In this document: positions 18,187-27,936 of the stretch, one piece after another
Position numbering within the stretch: position 1 is the first letter of the stretch
How the letters are laid out: each line of letters opens with the position of its first letter
Virus record (IMG/VR): IMGVR_UViG_3300038412_000065
Coordinates: 15,004 to 79,003 of that record
Strand: one strand, 5' to 3'
DNA from: a virus
Length of the DNA: 64,000 nt
Program-made: the position numbers and the translations under genes
The notes under the pieces: model-generated
What the model saw: the letters and a program-made list of their open reading frames with translations, nothing else
Told to the model about the DNA's origin: nothing
The model's database searches: none

Positions 18187-20681
18187 CACGCGCCCCCAAG
18201 GTAGGCAACCACGGCATTGATCAGCGGCGCCCGAGCCGGCTTCGTCCACGTAGCGCCGTAGTCGGTGCTGACGAATTCCTCGCCGGCTGTTTGCGCGGTC
18301 ACTACGCCTTCGTGACTGCTCATGCTTCGAACGGTGCCGGAAGCTCCTGGAAGCAAAATGACGCTCCACGTTTTACCGCCATCCGTTGAGCGCGAAACGC
18401 CATAAGGGGGGGTGTTGGACCCGGCGGCAATAAAGACGTTCTTGATCGGCGAAGAGAGAATGATCGTGCTGATGCCGTTGAATGCTGAAAACACACCCGA
18501 AGCGGCCCACGTTGCACCATCGGTGCTGATGTAGGCGTTGTTGATGTTGTTGGTAAAGACTGCTGTTGTTCCATCCGTAGCGATGTCGTAATTGCCAGTC
18601 CCTGCGACTCCCGCAAGCGCTAGCGTCCAACTCGTTGGAGTGGCCTGATCCGAGTAATACAGCTGCTGCGTCGCGCCCGAACGGAAGAACGCGATCCAGC
18701 GCCCCGATGTCATGCGGGAGATGCCGCTCAGTATCAGCCCGCTAGGTCCAGCGACCGCCGTCCACGTCGCTCCGTTGTTCGATGAATAGGCGTAAGGTCC
18801 ATTGGTGGCGTCACCCCATGCCACAAAAATGCCCTGAAACCCACGAATTCTCGTGTAGGCATACGGCAGCGCCGCGACGCTCGCGGTGACCGTGGCGCCT
18901 GGAACCTCCTGCGACGCAATGATGGCGACGCTCGTAGCTGGCGTGGCCGTCAGCACGGCCATCGCCGAGCCATTCCATGCCGGCGAACTCTGCGCAACGT
19001 TGAATGGCGTCGACAAGGTGCGCGATAGCGGCCAGGAGCCCGGTGATGCGGCGAAGTCGATGGTCGTATTGTTGCCCGTGCCGAGCAGCGCCCAGATGCC
19101 GCTGGTGCGCAGCTTGACGATGGCTGCATCTGGCAGCGTGTAAACATCGCTTGTGGCATTGGTCGCGCTCACGGACCATGCGTAACTGGCGACACCAGTC
19201 AGCGTGCCAGTCACTTTGCCGGTAGCATCCATGGACAACCCGACAGGAAGTGCGCCAGATGCGAGCGCCACCGTATAGCTTCGCGATGAATCAATGTGGT
19301 ACTGGTACGACACCACATCGCCAAAATAGCCGTCAGCGATGTCACCCGTGATCGAAAGGTAATCGGGAAGTGCCAACCAATACTGGCCTGCGCTTGGGTA
19401 GTAGGTTGCGAGGTAGCGGCCACCGGGACGAGCCTCCATTGCCGCATGTACCAGCACGTCGACCGGCATGCCGACATCGCCGGCCGCCAAGCTATCCGCT
19501 CCCGCCGCGATACCGACACTGCGCACGCCAAGCTGCGACAGGTAGAACAGTTCATTGCCGACCGGTTGCGCGGCGTGCTGTGCGGACGATCCGATGCCTT
19601 CCATCTGGTCGAGAAGGCTCATCGCCGACGGGTCGGGATCGACCTGCCAGTTCTGGAAGCTGGACGCATTGAAGGCGGTCAGATTGGAGCGGTACGGCGC
19701 CAGCACCGCCATGTCGTTGCTGTTGGCCTGCTGCAGTCCGGTCGGCAGGTAGCCGGCGTCCTGCGCACTCGTCCAATCCAGCGGGTTCACCGTGGCACTG
19801 AAGCGAACGATGTCCCTGTCCGCGGCAAACACCTTGCTGGCCATGATCGCCACAACCTTGCTGTGCGGGCAGTTCTTGTCCGCGACCTGGCCGCTAACCG
19901 CCACCCAGTCCATGTTGCCGTCATGCACGATCGCGCCAGTGCTGAGCGGCCACGCGGGCTCGGTAGCGCCCGTCTGCATGATCGGCGAGGCCTCCCACAC
20001 CACGCGCGATGCAATCACACCCATCCACGTCACCTGGTTGTCGGTGACAGAGATGCCGGCCGTCGTCGGCCATGCCGGCTCTGAAGTGCCGCTCTTGCCC
20101 GGCGCGGCCTGCGTCGCCTTGAAGATCAACCCGGGCGACGGCGCCTGGTAGGCGTAGTCCCAGCTGACTTGATCGAACTCCAGTGTGCCGCCGTGCGTGC
20201 CGTTGTTGCCATTCAGGCGGATGAAGGCTTCGGCAGCACCAACCGGCGCGGTGCCACTGGCGCTGGTCAGCTTCCAGTAGCCGCCCTGGCCGTAGATCAG
20301 GGTGCCAAGCGCTGCGCCAGGTATCTCAGCATGAGCGGCATTGCGCCAGACGATGATGATCTGTGCGCCCTGGTCATCCGTGCCGTTGTTGGTCAGCTTC
20401 GCCATCGCCTGCGCGGTGATGTGCTGGCCCGGCTTCACCGGCACCACGTTGGTGTTGTTGAGCGAGTCGATACCGGTGCCTGACAGCACCACGCATTTCG
20501 TACCCGCGTAGGGTGTCGTGCTGGTGTTGGCCCAGCGAGCGGCGCCCTGCGTCCAACCAGACAGCGTGCCGGTCTCGAAATCGCCGTTGGTCGGCTGCGT
20601 CTGCGTGACAACCGTCGTACTTGACGGCTTGACCAGTGCCCCGGGCACATAGCTTTTCCCGGCCTGCCAGGTGTCGGTCAT
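18186..20681 (-). CDS. tail nozzle middle part fused to carbohydrate-binding, Ig-like and BNR/Asp-box domains
   Basis: NGDFE.G.L.GW CBM-like start; VRFSATVNPLDW..GDVGMPVD; SGALPVGLSM..TG Ig motif; SSNNGATW, STDGATW, STDGGKTW, STDYGATW. Confidence 0.7.
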   Translation of the reverse strand: MTDTWQAGKSYVPGALVKPSSTTVVTQTQPTNGDFETGTLSGWTQGAARWANTSTTPYAGTKCVVLSGTGIDSLNNTNVVPVKPGQHITAQAMAKLTNNGTDDQGAQIIIVWRNAAHAEIPGAALGTLIYGQGGYWKLTSASGTAPVGAAEAFIRLNGNNGTHGGTLEFDQVSWDYAYQAPSPGLIFKATQAAPGKSGTSEPAWPTTAGISVTDNQVTWMGVIASRVVWEASPIMQTGATEPAWPLSTGAIVHDGNMDWVAVSGQVADKNCPHSKVVAIMASKVFAADRDIVRFSATVNPLDWTSAQDAGYLPTGLQQANSNDMAVLAPYRSNLTAFNASSFQNWQVDPDPSAMSLLDQMEGIGSSAQHAAQPVGNELFYLSQLGVRSVGIAAGADSLAAGDVGMPVDVLVHAAMEARPGGRYLATYYPSAGQYWLALPDYLSITGDIADGYFGDVVSYQYHIDSSRSYTVALASGALPVGLSMDATGKVTGTLTGVASYAWSVSATNATSDVYTLPDAAIVKLRTSGIWALLGTGNNTTIDFAASPGSWPLSRTLSTPFNVAQSSPAWNGSAMAVLTATPATSVAIIASQEVPGATVTASVAALPYAYTRIRGFQGIFVAWGDATNGPYAYSSNNGATWTAVAGPSGLILSGISRMTSGRWIAFFRSGATQQLYYSDQATPTSWTLALAGVAGTGNYDIATDGTTAVFTNNINNAYISTDGATWAASGVFSAFNGISTIILSSPIKNVFIAAGSNTPPYGVSRSTDGGKTWSVILLPGASGTVRSMSSHEGVVTAQTAGEEFVSTDYGATWTKPARAPLINAVVAYLGGA

Positions 20682-21421
20682 CGGTTGTCCAGTAGTTTGA
20701 TGTTGCTGTAGCGGCCACCGCCGGGGATCGGGTTCGTCGTCACCGGCGGCGCCGGAGCCGGCGTGCTATCCACGTCCTCGGAAACCTGCGCACCCGCCGA
20801 CTCCGGCCAGGTGGGCTCCGATGCGCCAGATGACGGACTAGCCCCATCCACCTCGACCACGGTGTACTTCCAGCCGGTGTAGACGGTCGGCTGCACCACA
20901 TCGCCCAGGGCGCGCGGAACGTCTGGCGCCCATGCGGCCGGATTCGACTTCAACACCGCCTGATAGCGGAAACCGTTGGGCGTGGTCGGCAGCACGGTAT
21001 CGCCGGCCTTGTACATCGTGTTCGCCACCCAGGTGCCGCCGGACTGCAGGTAGTAGTGGATAACGTCGCCGTTGGCGAACTCTGCCGCCACGTACAGGTA
21101 GCCCATGAAGGGCTGCGCGAAGTGGATTTCTGCGATGGTCTGCGTGCTGTCGGTGGGATGCGCCAGCACCTCGCATGTGTAGCCCGCCGGCACCGTCTGT
21201 GGCGTGCTGGAAAACACCACCATGCCGCCGTTGAAGGCGCACAACCCTTTCGTACCTGCCGGCAGTACGGCTTTCCGCACCGTGCCGGGGCGCGACTGGA
21301 TCGAACCGTCGATGGTGACGAAGCCGTTCACCAAGTCGTACAGGCTCGACGGATCAGCGCCGCCCTTGGTGCGTAGGCGGTTGATGCCAGCCTTCAGCGC
21401 ATTGAGGTTGACGTCGCTCAT
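20678..21421 (-). CDS. tail nozzle N-terminal part with W-x-A/P-x-x-x-Y-x-x-GD repeats
   Basis: LYDLVNG..RPGT, FAQPFMGYLYV; follows the adaptor gene. Confidence 0.6.
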   Translation of the reverse strand: MSDVNLNALKAGINRLRTKGGADPSSLYDLVNGFVTIDGSIQSRPGTVRKAVLPAGTKGLCAFNGGMVVFSSTPQTVPAGYTCEVLAHPTDSTQTIAEIHFAQPFMGYLYVAAEFANGDVIHYYLQSGGTWVANTMYKAGDTVLPTTPNGFRYQAVLKSNPAAWAPDVPRALGDVVQPTVYTGWKYTVVEVDGASPSSGASEPTWPESAGAQVSEDVDSTPAPAPPVTTNPIPGGGRYSNIKLLDNR

Positions 21422-22140
21422 ACGAACGGCACCGTGGGCACTGGCTGTACATAGGCCGACTCGAAGCGGTTGTCTCGACCCGGGATGTAGCGCGCCGGGC
21501 CATGCGTGCCGGCGACAAGGTTCTGGATCAGGGTCTCCATCTCGCGCACGTAGTTGCCAGCGTCGGGCCGGCCGTAGTGCGCTTTCGCGTTGGACAGCGC
21601 CAGCAGGAACACCGGGCGATCGTCGATCGTGGCTTGGTCGGTGTCGGCCGCGAAGGGCTGCGGCCCGAAATCACCCTTCACCACCAGGCTGCCGTCAGTG
21701 GTCAGGGGTGCCGGCCACACCTCGATGGCGTCGCGGATCTCGTAGTGCGTCGGCCAGCCGGTGACCGTGTTGCTGTACAGCTCCGGCGGGATGCCGGCGC
21801 GCATCGGACGCCAGATGCCGTCACGCACGACGCCGACCCAGCGAATCTTGCGCGGGTCCACGCGCAGCGTGCTGGTCTCGGCATTCGCTTTCAGATCGTA
21901 GAATCGCACGCCAGTCGTCAGCGGCCACGAATAGGCGCGATCGGTGCGCAGCACGCTGTAGCGGCGATAGAGCAGCTCCTGCGCCTCGACAAGAAACGAG
22001 TTCAGCAGAGCGGACATACCGGGCGGCGGGCTAGCGACCTGTGCGGCAAAGCCCAGGCGCGTCATCATGTCGTCGCGCAGCTGCTTCAGCGTTCGGTTCG
22101 GGTTGGTGCCGGCGTCGTAGTTGTAGGTGGGTGTGGGCAT
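21418..22140 (-). CDS. podovirus head-tail adaptor (tail tubular protein A-like)
   Basis: TLKQLR..RLG, GWPTHY..IEVWPAP; position. Confidence 0.7.
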   Translation of the reverse strand: MPTPTYNYDAGTNPNRTLKQLRDDMMTRLGFAAQVASPPPGMSALLNSFLVEAQELLYRRYSVLRTDRAYSWPLTTGVRFYDLKANAETSTLRVDPRKIRWVGVVRDGIWRPMRAGIPPELYSNTVTGWPTHYEIRDAIEVWPAPLTTDGSLVVKGDFGPQPFAADTDQATIDDRPVFLLALSNAKAHYGRPDAGNYVREMETLIQNLVAGTHGPARYIPGRDNRFESAYVQPVPTVPFV

Positions 22141-22157
22141 GCGTCCCCCGGTGGAAG

Positions 22158-22183
22158 AAAAACGGCCGACCGAAGCCGGCCGT
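22158..22183 (-). terminator. intrinsic terminator
   Basis: Minus strand ACGGCCG-loop-CGGCCGT-TTTT. Confidence 0.7.
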
Positions 22184-22211
22184 CTTTGCGGCGATCAGGT
22201 ACGGTTTTGCG

Positions 22212-22646
22212 TCACCTCGGGTCGGGCTTGGCGCCGCCCTTCGCTGCCGCCCTCTCGGCTTCCGCTGCAGCCGCTTCCGCGGCGGCGGCTTCCGCCTCTG
22301 CCTCGGCCCTGTGGTCGCGCAAGCCGGCCTGCGGCACTTCCTCGCGCGTGCCGCGGCCAAGCTCGAAACCGTAGTCCTCTAGGCTGCGCGGACCCGAGCG
22401 GTGCGCAATGCCCACCGGATCCGGCGCATTGACGCGGCGATACTTGGCCTGCAGCCGCGCAAACTCGGCATCCGCGCTGATCGGCAGTTCCAGCTTCTCG
22501 TCGGTGAAGTCGCCCGGGTGGACGTTGGCCGGCCCATGCACGGCGCGAAGCACGTCGATTTCGTGCTCGGGTACGCGCACATACAGCCTGTCGATGCCGC
22601 GCTCGATGGCGACACTGACCAGCTTGTGGGTGATGGTGTTTCCCAT
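22212..22646 (-). CDS. hypothetical virion-associated protein
   Basis: GGAGG RBS; VPEHEIDVLRAVHG; in head operon. Confidence 0.65.
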   Translation of the reverse strand: MGNTITHKLVSVAIERGIDRLYVRVPEHEIDVLRAVHGPANVHPGDFTDEKLELPISADAEFARLQAKYRRVNAPDPVGIAHRSGPRSLEDYGFELGRGTREEVPQAGLRDHRAEAEAEAAAAEAAAAEAERAAAKGGAKPDPR

Positions 22647-22700
22647 GGAAACCTCCGGTAGTGGTGGGAAAGCGACGCCCCCGCAGGGGCGCCGATTCGG

Positions 22701-23021
22701 TCAGGCGGTGAGGTAGGCCGAGCAGGTGCCGGCCGTGCCGACGGCGGTAACGTTCAGGCGCATGTACTGGTACAGCGTGACCTCGGTCATCTTGATCAGC
22801 CCGGTGATCGAGGTGACGGTAAGCAGGTCGACAGGCGCGGTGAACGCCGCATCGACGGAGCCCTGCACCTTCACGGTCGGGGTGCCGGTGGCGCCGGCCA
22901 GGTGCACGGTCAATACGGCATTGAACCCGTTGTCGAACGGCGTGGCGCTCATCGCCACGCCGGCCTGCGCGGCAGCAGCGGTCAGAGAGACCGCCTCGCC
23001 CAATACACTAATCTTGCTCAT
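22701..23021 (-). CDS. small beta-rich virion protein (possible head decoration)
   Basis: GAGG RBS; directly after capsid gene; VQGS.D..YMRLNVT. Confidence 0.6.
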   Translation of the reverse strand: MSKISVLGEAVSLTAAAAQAGVAMSATPFDNGFNAVLTVHLAGATGTPTVKVQGSVDAAFTAPVDLLTVTSITGLIKMTEVTLYQYMRLNVTAVGTAGTCSAYLTA

Positions 23022-23076
23022 CGGAATAACCTCGTGCAGAAAGGGAGGCGCCCGGCGGGTGAGGCCGGGCGGTGGA

Positions 23077-24120
23077 TCAGGCGATGGTCAGGACCGCCAG
23101 CGCGTTGCGCTTGTTGACCGTCAGGCCGTACTTGCTGGTCTGGCCGAAGTAGGTCACGTAGCGATCCGGCAGGCTTTCGGGCTTGCGGTTGCGCAGCCAC
23201 TCCCCCTTGTACGGGCGCAGCTTGATCGCGTTGCTGTTGAGGAAATAGCAGGTCTTGGTCTGCGTGGTGGTGCTCATCAGCGCGTCCAGCGCCTCGAAGC
23301 TCGGATCCCACTTCAGCGGGATGCCGTGGAAGTTCACCGCCTCCACGCTGGCGTCGACCGCCGCGCCGCCCTTGCCCTGCACCGCCAGGTGACGCTGCAC
23401 GGCCGAGACCGACTGCGTGACGTAGTTCTCGTAGAACGCCTGGCCGCAGATGATGGCATCCGGCAGCATGCCGCCGTAGCGCATGCAGTCCTTCCAGGTG
23501 TGCTCCATCTGCGTGATGACACTCGCCGCCGCGATGGCGGTGTTCGTGTTATTGCGCCAGTAGGTTGCGGTGGCGCCGTCGATGCCGCCCACGACGCCGG
23601 TCGCCGGATTCAGCGAGATCAGGCTGGCCACGCCCGGGATAGCCTTCGCCGACTGCGAGCCGTCGCGCATGTACTCGAAGGACATCGCTTCCTGGATGCC
23701 GTTCTTGAGGCCGCGATAGGACTGCTTCAGCAGGTTGATCAGCGCGTCCTTCTCGGCCGCGGTCGGCACAGCGTCGCCACTCTCGCCGTCGACGGTGTGG
23801 ATACCGGCGGCCAGCAAGCGATCCTCGTCGAACCAGAAGCCGTCGTGCAGGCCGGCATAGGTGAAGTTGGTCCACTTCGCCGGGTCGCGCTCGTTGTAGG
23901 TCACCTGATCAGCGCCGAAGTAGTTCTGCGCGTTCGAGCCGTTGGCGACGTAGATCGGTTCCTTGAAAGAGCCGTTGAGGAACGTCGATGGCTCCTTGTT
24001 CTTGATCAGCCAGTCCAGCAGCACATGCTGCATGTTGATCTGGTCGATCGGCTCTTTCTTCTGGTACGTGCCCAGGGCATAGGTCGAGCCCGTGGCAATC
24101 TGCGTGGTGGTAAAGGGCAT
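23077..24120 (-). CDS. major capsid protein (podovirus)
   Basis: 347 aa after portal and scaffold; VGGIDGAT..YWRN, CYFLNS, LTVNKRNALAV; GAGG RBS. Confidence 0.88.
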   Translation of the reverse strand: MPFTTTQIATGSTYALGTYQKKEPIDQINMQHVLLDWLIKNKEPSTFLNGSFKEPIYVANGSNAQNYFGADQVTYNERDPAKWTNFTYAGLHDGFWFDEDRLLAAGIHTVDGESGDAVPTAAEKDALINLLKQSYRGLKNGIQEAMSFEYMRDGSQSAKAIPGVASLISLNPATGVVGGIDGATATYWRNNTNTAIAAASVITQMEHTWKDCMRYGGMLPDAIICGQAFYENYVTQSVSAVQRHLAVQGKGGAAVDASVEAVNFHGIPLKWDPSFEALDALMSTTTQTKTCYFLNSNAIKLRPYKGEWLRNRKPESLPDRYVTYFGQTSKYGLTVNKRNALAVLTIA

Positions 24121-24245
24121 GGTCGTAACCTCGAAGTGATGGGGTGTGTTCCATCCACGTCGAGGGAGGCGAGTCCTCAGTACAGCCCTACCGGGCGCGA
24201 CTCCGGCGTACAGCGTGCGTGGTGCGCTTTGTCATGCGCGGGGCC

Positions 24246-24276
24246 AGCGTGCACCAATTGGCGAAGGCGTCAACGG
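24246..24276 (-). promoter_or_regulatory. putative late promoter motif, copy 2
   Basis: CCGTTGACGCCTTcgccaattggtGCACGCT between the scaffold terminator and the capsid gene. Confidence 0.7.
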
Positions 24277-24281
24277 CAAAG

Positions 24282-24305
24282 AAAAACCCCGCCTGTCGAC
24301 GGGGT
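24282..24305 (-). terminator. intrinsic terminator after scaffold gene
   Basis: Minus strand ACCCCG-loop-CGGGGT-TTTT. Confidence 0.7.
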
Positions 24306-24405
24306 GCGGAATCAGCGCAGGGAGAACTCTTTCACCGCGACGCGGAAGCCACGCCTCCCGCTGCCTGTGTTTGAGGCCACCGCCGGCTGGGCCTGCAAAA
24401 GAGGG

Positions 24406-25515
24406 TCAGTGCCCCGCCGCAGCAATGCCGAAGTTGAGCGCCTCCATCGGATCATCGGTCGCCGGCATGACCTGCGGCCGCACACCACCGCCGCGCACCG
24501 GGCCAGGCACGGGCTTGACTGGCGGGGCGGCCACCGGCGCAGCGGCCGCCGGCGGATTCGGGAGGCGCTGGTAGGCGATGCGCGCGGCCTGCGCCCACTG
24601 CGAGGGCGGCACGGCATCCTTGATCGCCTGCAGCGCTGCGACCAGATAGGGCTGCTTGGCCGCGTAGTTCGGATCGGCGGCGGCCAGTTCGGCGCCCAGC
24701 GTGTTCAGCGCCGTGATGCCGTTGTCATGCTCGGTCTGCGCATTGCTGCGCTGGCTTTCGATCTGCCTGCGGCCCTCATCCAGCTTCAGCGCCTGGCGCT
24801 GCGCGGCGATTTCCAGCGCGCGGGTGCGCGTGATGTCGCCATCCTCCACCTCCTTTTGCAGGTCGGTATGCGCGGCCAGCGGGTCATGCACGCCCGGAAT
24901 CTCCTTGCCCAGCACCTGCGCCAGCGAGGCCAGTTCGCGCGAGACCATCTCGTAGGCCTTTTCGGCCGCCTTCAGATCGCCGCTGTTCGCCTTGGCGATC
25001 ACGCTGCCGTAGTCCAGCAGCTGACCGTACTGCTCGGCATTCACGCCAGCATCCTGCACTTGCTTGAACAGCTCGCGGCCAAAGTTCGCGTGTTGCGCCA
25101 GTTCGGGCAGCTGCGCCACGTCCTTGATGCCAGCCTTCTCCAGCGCCTCTTTCACCGGCGCCAGCGCCTTGATCTCGCCGGCCATCTCGCGGAAGCGATC
25201 ATTCGCCTTACCCTTGAGGCCCAGCGCAGTGATCTCGGTCTCGGTCGCCTCGTCGCGCTCGGGCTCGGCCTTCGTCTTGTCGGCTTCATCTTTCGATGTG
25301 ACTGCGGCAGCTTCCGGGGTGCCGGGGATGGGATCAGCCTTGGCCGCCGGATCCTTGCCGTCGACGGCATCTTCGGCAGGGATGCCGGCCGTGGTGGCCA
25401 GCCCTTCGTCCATGGCAGCACGCGCCGCCTCTTCCAGTGTCGGCTCGGGCGTGGCGGGCGTGTCGGTGATGGTATCGGTGGTGGCCGGCTGGCCTTCGTC
25501 CAGTTCGGGATCCAT
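24406..25515 (-). CDS. capsid scaffolding protein
   Basis: Acidic, helical, low-complexity; between portal and capsid; GGAG RBS. Confidence 0.75.
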   Translation of the reverse strand: MDPELDEGQPATTDTITDTPATPEPTLEEAARAAMDEGLATTAGIPAEDAVDGKDPAAKADPIPGTPEAAAVTSKDEADKTKAEPERDEATETEITALGLKGKANDRFREMAGEIKALAPVKEALEKAGIKDVAQLPELAQHANFGRELFKQVQDAGVNAEQYGQLLDYGSVIAKANSGDLKAAEKAYEMVSRELASLAQVLGKEIPGVHDPLAAHTDLQKEVEDGDITRTRALEIAAQRQALKLDEGRRQIESQRSNAQTEHDNGITALNTLGAELAAADPNYAAKQPYLVAALQAIKDAVPPSQWAQAARIAYQRLPNPPAAAAPVAAPPVKPVPGPVRGGGVRPQVMPATDDPMEALNFGIAAAGH

Positions 25516-25518
25516 GGG

Positions 25519-27936
25519 TTACTCCTGGGTGACGGGTGCAGGTTGGGCGGGAGACGGAACGGCGGTCGCGGGCTGGCCTACCGCGGGTATCCCTGACGGC
25601 GCAGCGGATGGATCAGCGGGCGCAGATGCCGTCGACACGGCGACGCCGCCCACCATCTGCTCCACCAGCTGCGGATCGAATGCCGGATACGACGCCTTGA
25701 TCAACGCGCTGGCGCTGGCCGGGGTCAGGATGGATTGGCGCACCTGGTCGAGCACCTGCGTCAGCGCTGCGATCTGCGGCCCCATCAGCGCGGTCTGCTG
25801 GATCGGTGGCGGCGGTGGTGCATTGCCTGGCGCACCAGGCCCCTTGCCGGCGGACGGCATCAGCGAGTCGATGTCCAGAGAGTCGCCGGAGCGCTCGGCG
25901 GTGATCTTGAGCAGGGCTTCCAGCGCGTCGGCCACGTCGCTCGGATCGGATCCGCGCATCTGCCCGATCTGCACAATGCCGTTCTGCAGCAGAGGCAACT
26001 GGTTCGCCCATGCCTGGCGCTCGCCCATGGTGTCAGGCTTGCCGCTGGATCCTGCGCGCACGTCGACCACCAGCAGCCCGCGCAGGTCGTCTGCGCCGGC
26101 ATAGTCGGGCCACATCGCATCAGGGCCAGCGATGGCCTGAGCATCCTCCTTCGTCACATGCGCGCGAGCCAGCTCGGCGGTGTACTGCGCCACTTCGCCC
26201 AGCACCGTCTCCATCGCGTCGCGCCGGCCAGCGGTGCGTGCCTTGAAGCCGGATTGCTGGATGTCCGCCTCGGTCGCAGTCTTGGCCGTGTTGATGGCGC
26301 CAGAAAGCGCTTCCTGCACACCCCATATGCGCTCCAGCTCCCTCGTGATCCGCTCACGGTCATACAGGCCAAGGTCGAGTGGTGCGAATGGCTTCTGGAA
26401 GAATACCGCGCGCAGATCGGTGTTCGGCATCGTGGTCTCGATGCCAGTCCACTCGCCGGTGACAGATTTCTCGATCGATGTCATCGCCGCCTGGCCCACC
26501 TGGCCCTTGTGGTACAGGATGCCGGGCAGGCTGCGGCGGCGGTGCTCGGCCTCGGCCGATCCGATGCGGTTGTAGTCGTCGACCAGCTTGGCGCTGCTGG
26601 TGACCAGCGATTGCGGGTGGCGCTGCCCATCAACCTCGCTCGTGCACAGCGTGAAGAACGGATAGAACCGGGTGGTCGCGGTCGGGTTCCACGCCGGCTT
26701 TACCCAGCGCTTGATGCCGTGGATGCCGGTCAGCACGCTGTTCGTGTCGCGGTCCCACACTTCCTCGACCATCACGAAATCGCCGGTGGTGTCGGTGCTG
26801 TACTCCATCGACTCGCCGGCGCTCTGGAACTTGTCGGCGTCCGATGGCCGGGACTGGGCGACCATGGCCGTCTCGCGCTGTACCATCTGGGGCTTCTTCG
26901 CGCTGTAGCGATTGGCCTGTTTCATGATTTCGTCGGGCAGCTCGAACTCGGCCTGCGCGTCGCAGTAGCGCATCGGGATGCGGTGGCTGTTCCACGGCGC
27001 GTCGACGTGATCGGCGATGGTGTAGCCGGGTGCGACCTGGAAATCCTCGGCCGGCACCAGGTCGACCGCGAGGCCGCGCGCCACCACCACCTCGGCCTGA
27101 CTGCGCAGCGTCGCAAGCTGCCGCTCGTACTCGGCGCGTTTCGCGTCCTCTTCCGCGCCCTGCGCCTCATCCAGATCCTGCCGCATGCTCGCGGCCCGCT
27201 TGATGTTCGCCTGCAGGTCGTTGATCGCAGTCACGGTCTCTGGGCTGGGCGCCGTGCGCTCCTGCCAGCTCACCTTGAGCACGCCCAGGCCGATCGTCAG
27301 CGCGGAGCGCACCCAGCGCACGCCGCGGAACTTGAGCCGGGCATCCTTCCACAGCCGCGAGATGATGATCTCCAGCGTCTCGGCGAAAGCCTTCGTGTCG
27401 CGCTGGCGGCGCTGGTATCGCTGGCGAAGCTGCTCGTACTGCTGCTGAATCAGATGGTCCTTCAGGCCATCGGCCGCCTGTTGGCCGGCTGCGGCAGCTG
27501 CCTTCTGGTCGCCACCACTGTCCTGCAGCACGGCCTGGAAAGCCTGGTCGTGCGCCTGCTGAATGTCCGGCGATCCACCCACGTAATCCTCGGCTGCGTC
27601 GCGCATCGCCTCCAGGCTCGGCGGCTCCGACGCTGGCGACGGCCGCACGTCCACATCCGGGTCGCGGGCGTACAGGAACGATTCGAGAATGTCGATGTAC
27701 GTGCCGATCAGGTTCGCGTCGACCTCGAAACCGGAGTCGCCGCGCGCGTAGCGGCGGTCCTTCGCGTACTGCTCGCGCGCCGACTCGTCGAACTTGCGGG
27801 CGGCGTCGATGCGATCGAGCCACTTCTTGACGTCGGCAGCCTCGCGCGCGACCAGGCGCTGCTGGTCGGCTGGGCCGGGCGCAGTGGTTGCGTTCGGGTC
27901 GGTGACTTCGGTTTGCGTGGGGTCCATATCGGTCAC
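25519..27936 (-). CDS. portal protein (P22/podovirus type)
   Basis: 805 aa after TerL; KTATEA.IQ motif; long Pro-rich C-terminus. Confidence 0.85.
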   Translation of the reverse strand: MTDMDPTQTEVTDPNATTAPGPADQQRLVAREAADVKKWLDRIDAARKFDESAREQYAKDRRYARGDSGFEVDANLIGTYIDILESFLYARDPDVDVRPSPASEPPSLEAMRDAAEDYVGGSPDIQQAHDQAFQAVLQDSGGDQKAAAAAGQQAADGLKDHLIQQQYEQLRQRYQRRQRDTKAFAETLEIIISRLWKDARLKFRGVRWVRSALTIGLGVLKVSWQERTAPSPETVTAINDLQANIKRAASMRQDLDEAQGAEEDAKRAEYERQLATLRSQAEVVVARGLAVDLVPAEDFQVAPGYTIADHVDAPWNSHRIPMRYCDAQAEFELPDEIMKQANRYSAKKPQMVQRETAMVAQSRPSDADKFQSAGESMEYSTDTTGDFVMVEEVWDRDTNSVLTGIHGIKRWVKPAWNPTATTRFYPFFTLCTSEVDGQRHPQSLVTSSAKLVDDYNRIGSAEAEHRRRSLPGILYHKGQVGQAAMTSIEKSVTGEWTGIETTMPNTDLRAVFFQKPFAPLDLGLYDRERITRELERIWGVQEALSGAINTAKTATEADIQQSGFKARTAGRRDAMETVLGEVAQYTAELARAHVTKEDAQAIAGPDAMWPDYAGADDLRGLLVVDVRAGSSGKPDTMGERQAWANQLPLLQNGIVQIGQMRGSDPSDVADALEALLKITAERSGDSLDIDSLMPSAGKGPGAPGNAPPPPPIQQTALMGPQIAALTQVLDQVRQSILTPASASALIKASYPAFDPQLVEQMVGGVAVSTASAPADPSAAPSGIPAVGQPATAVPSPAQPAPVTQE

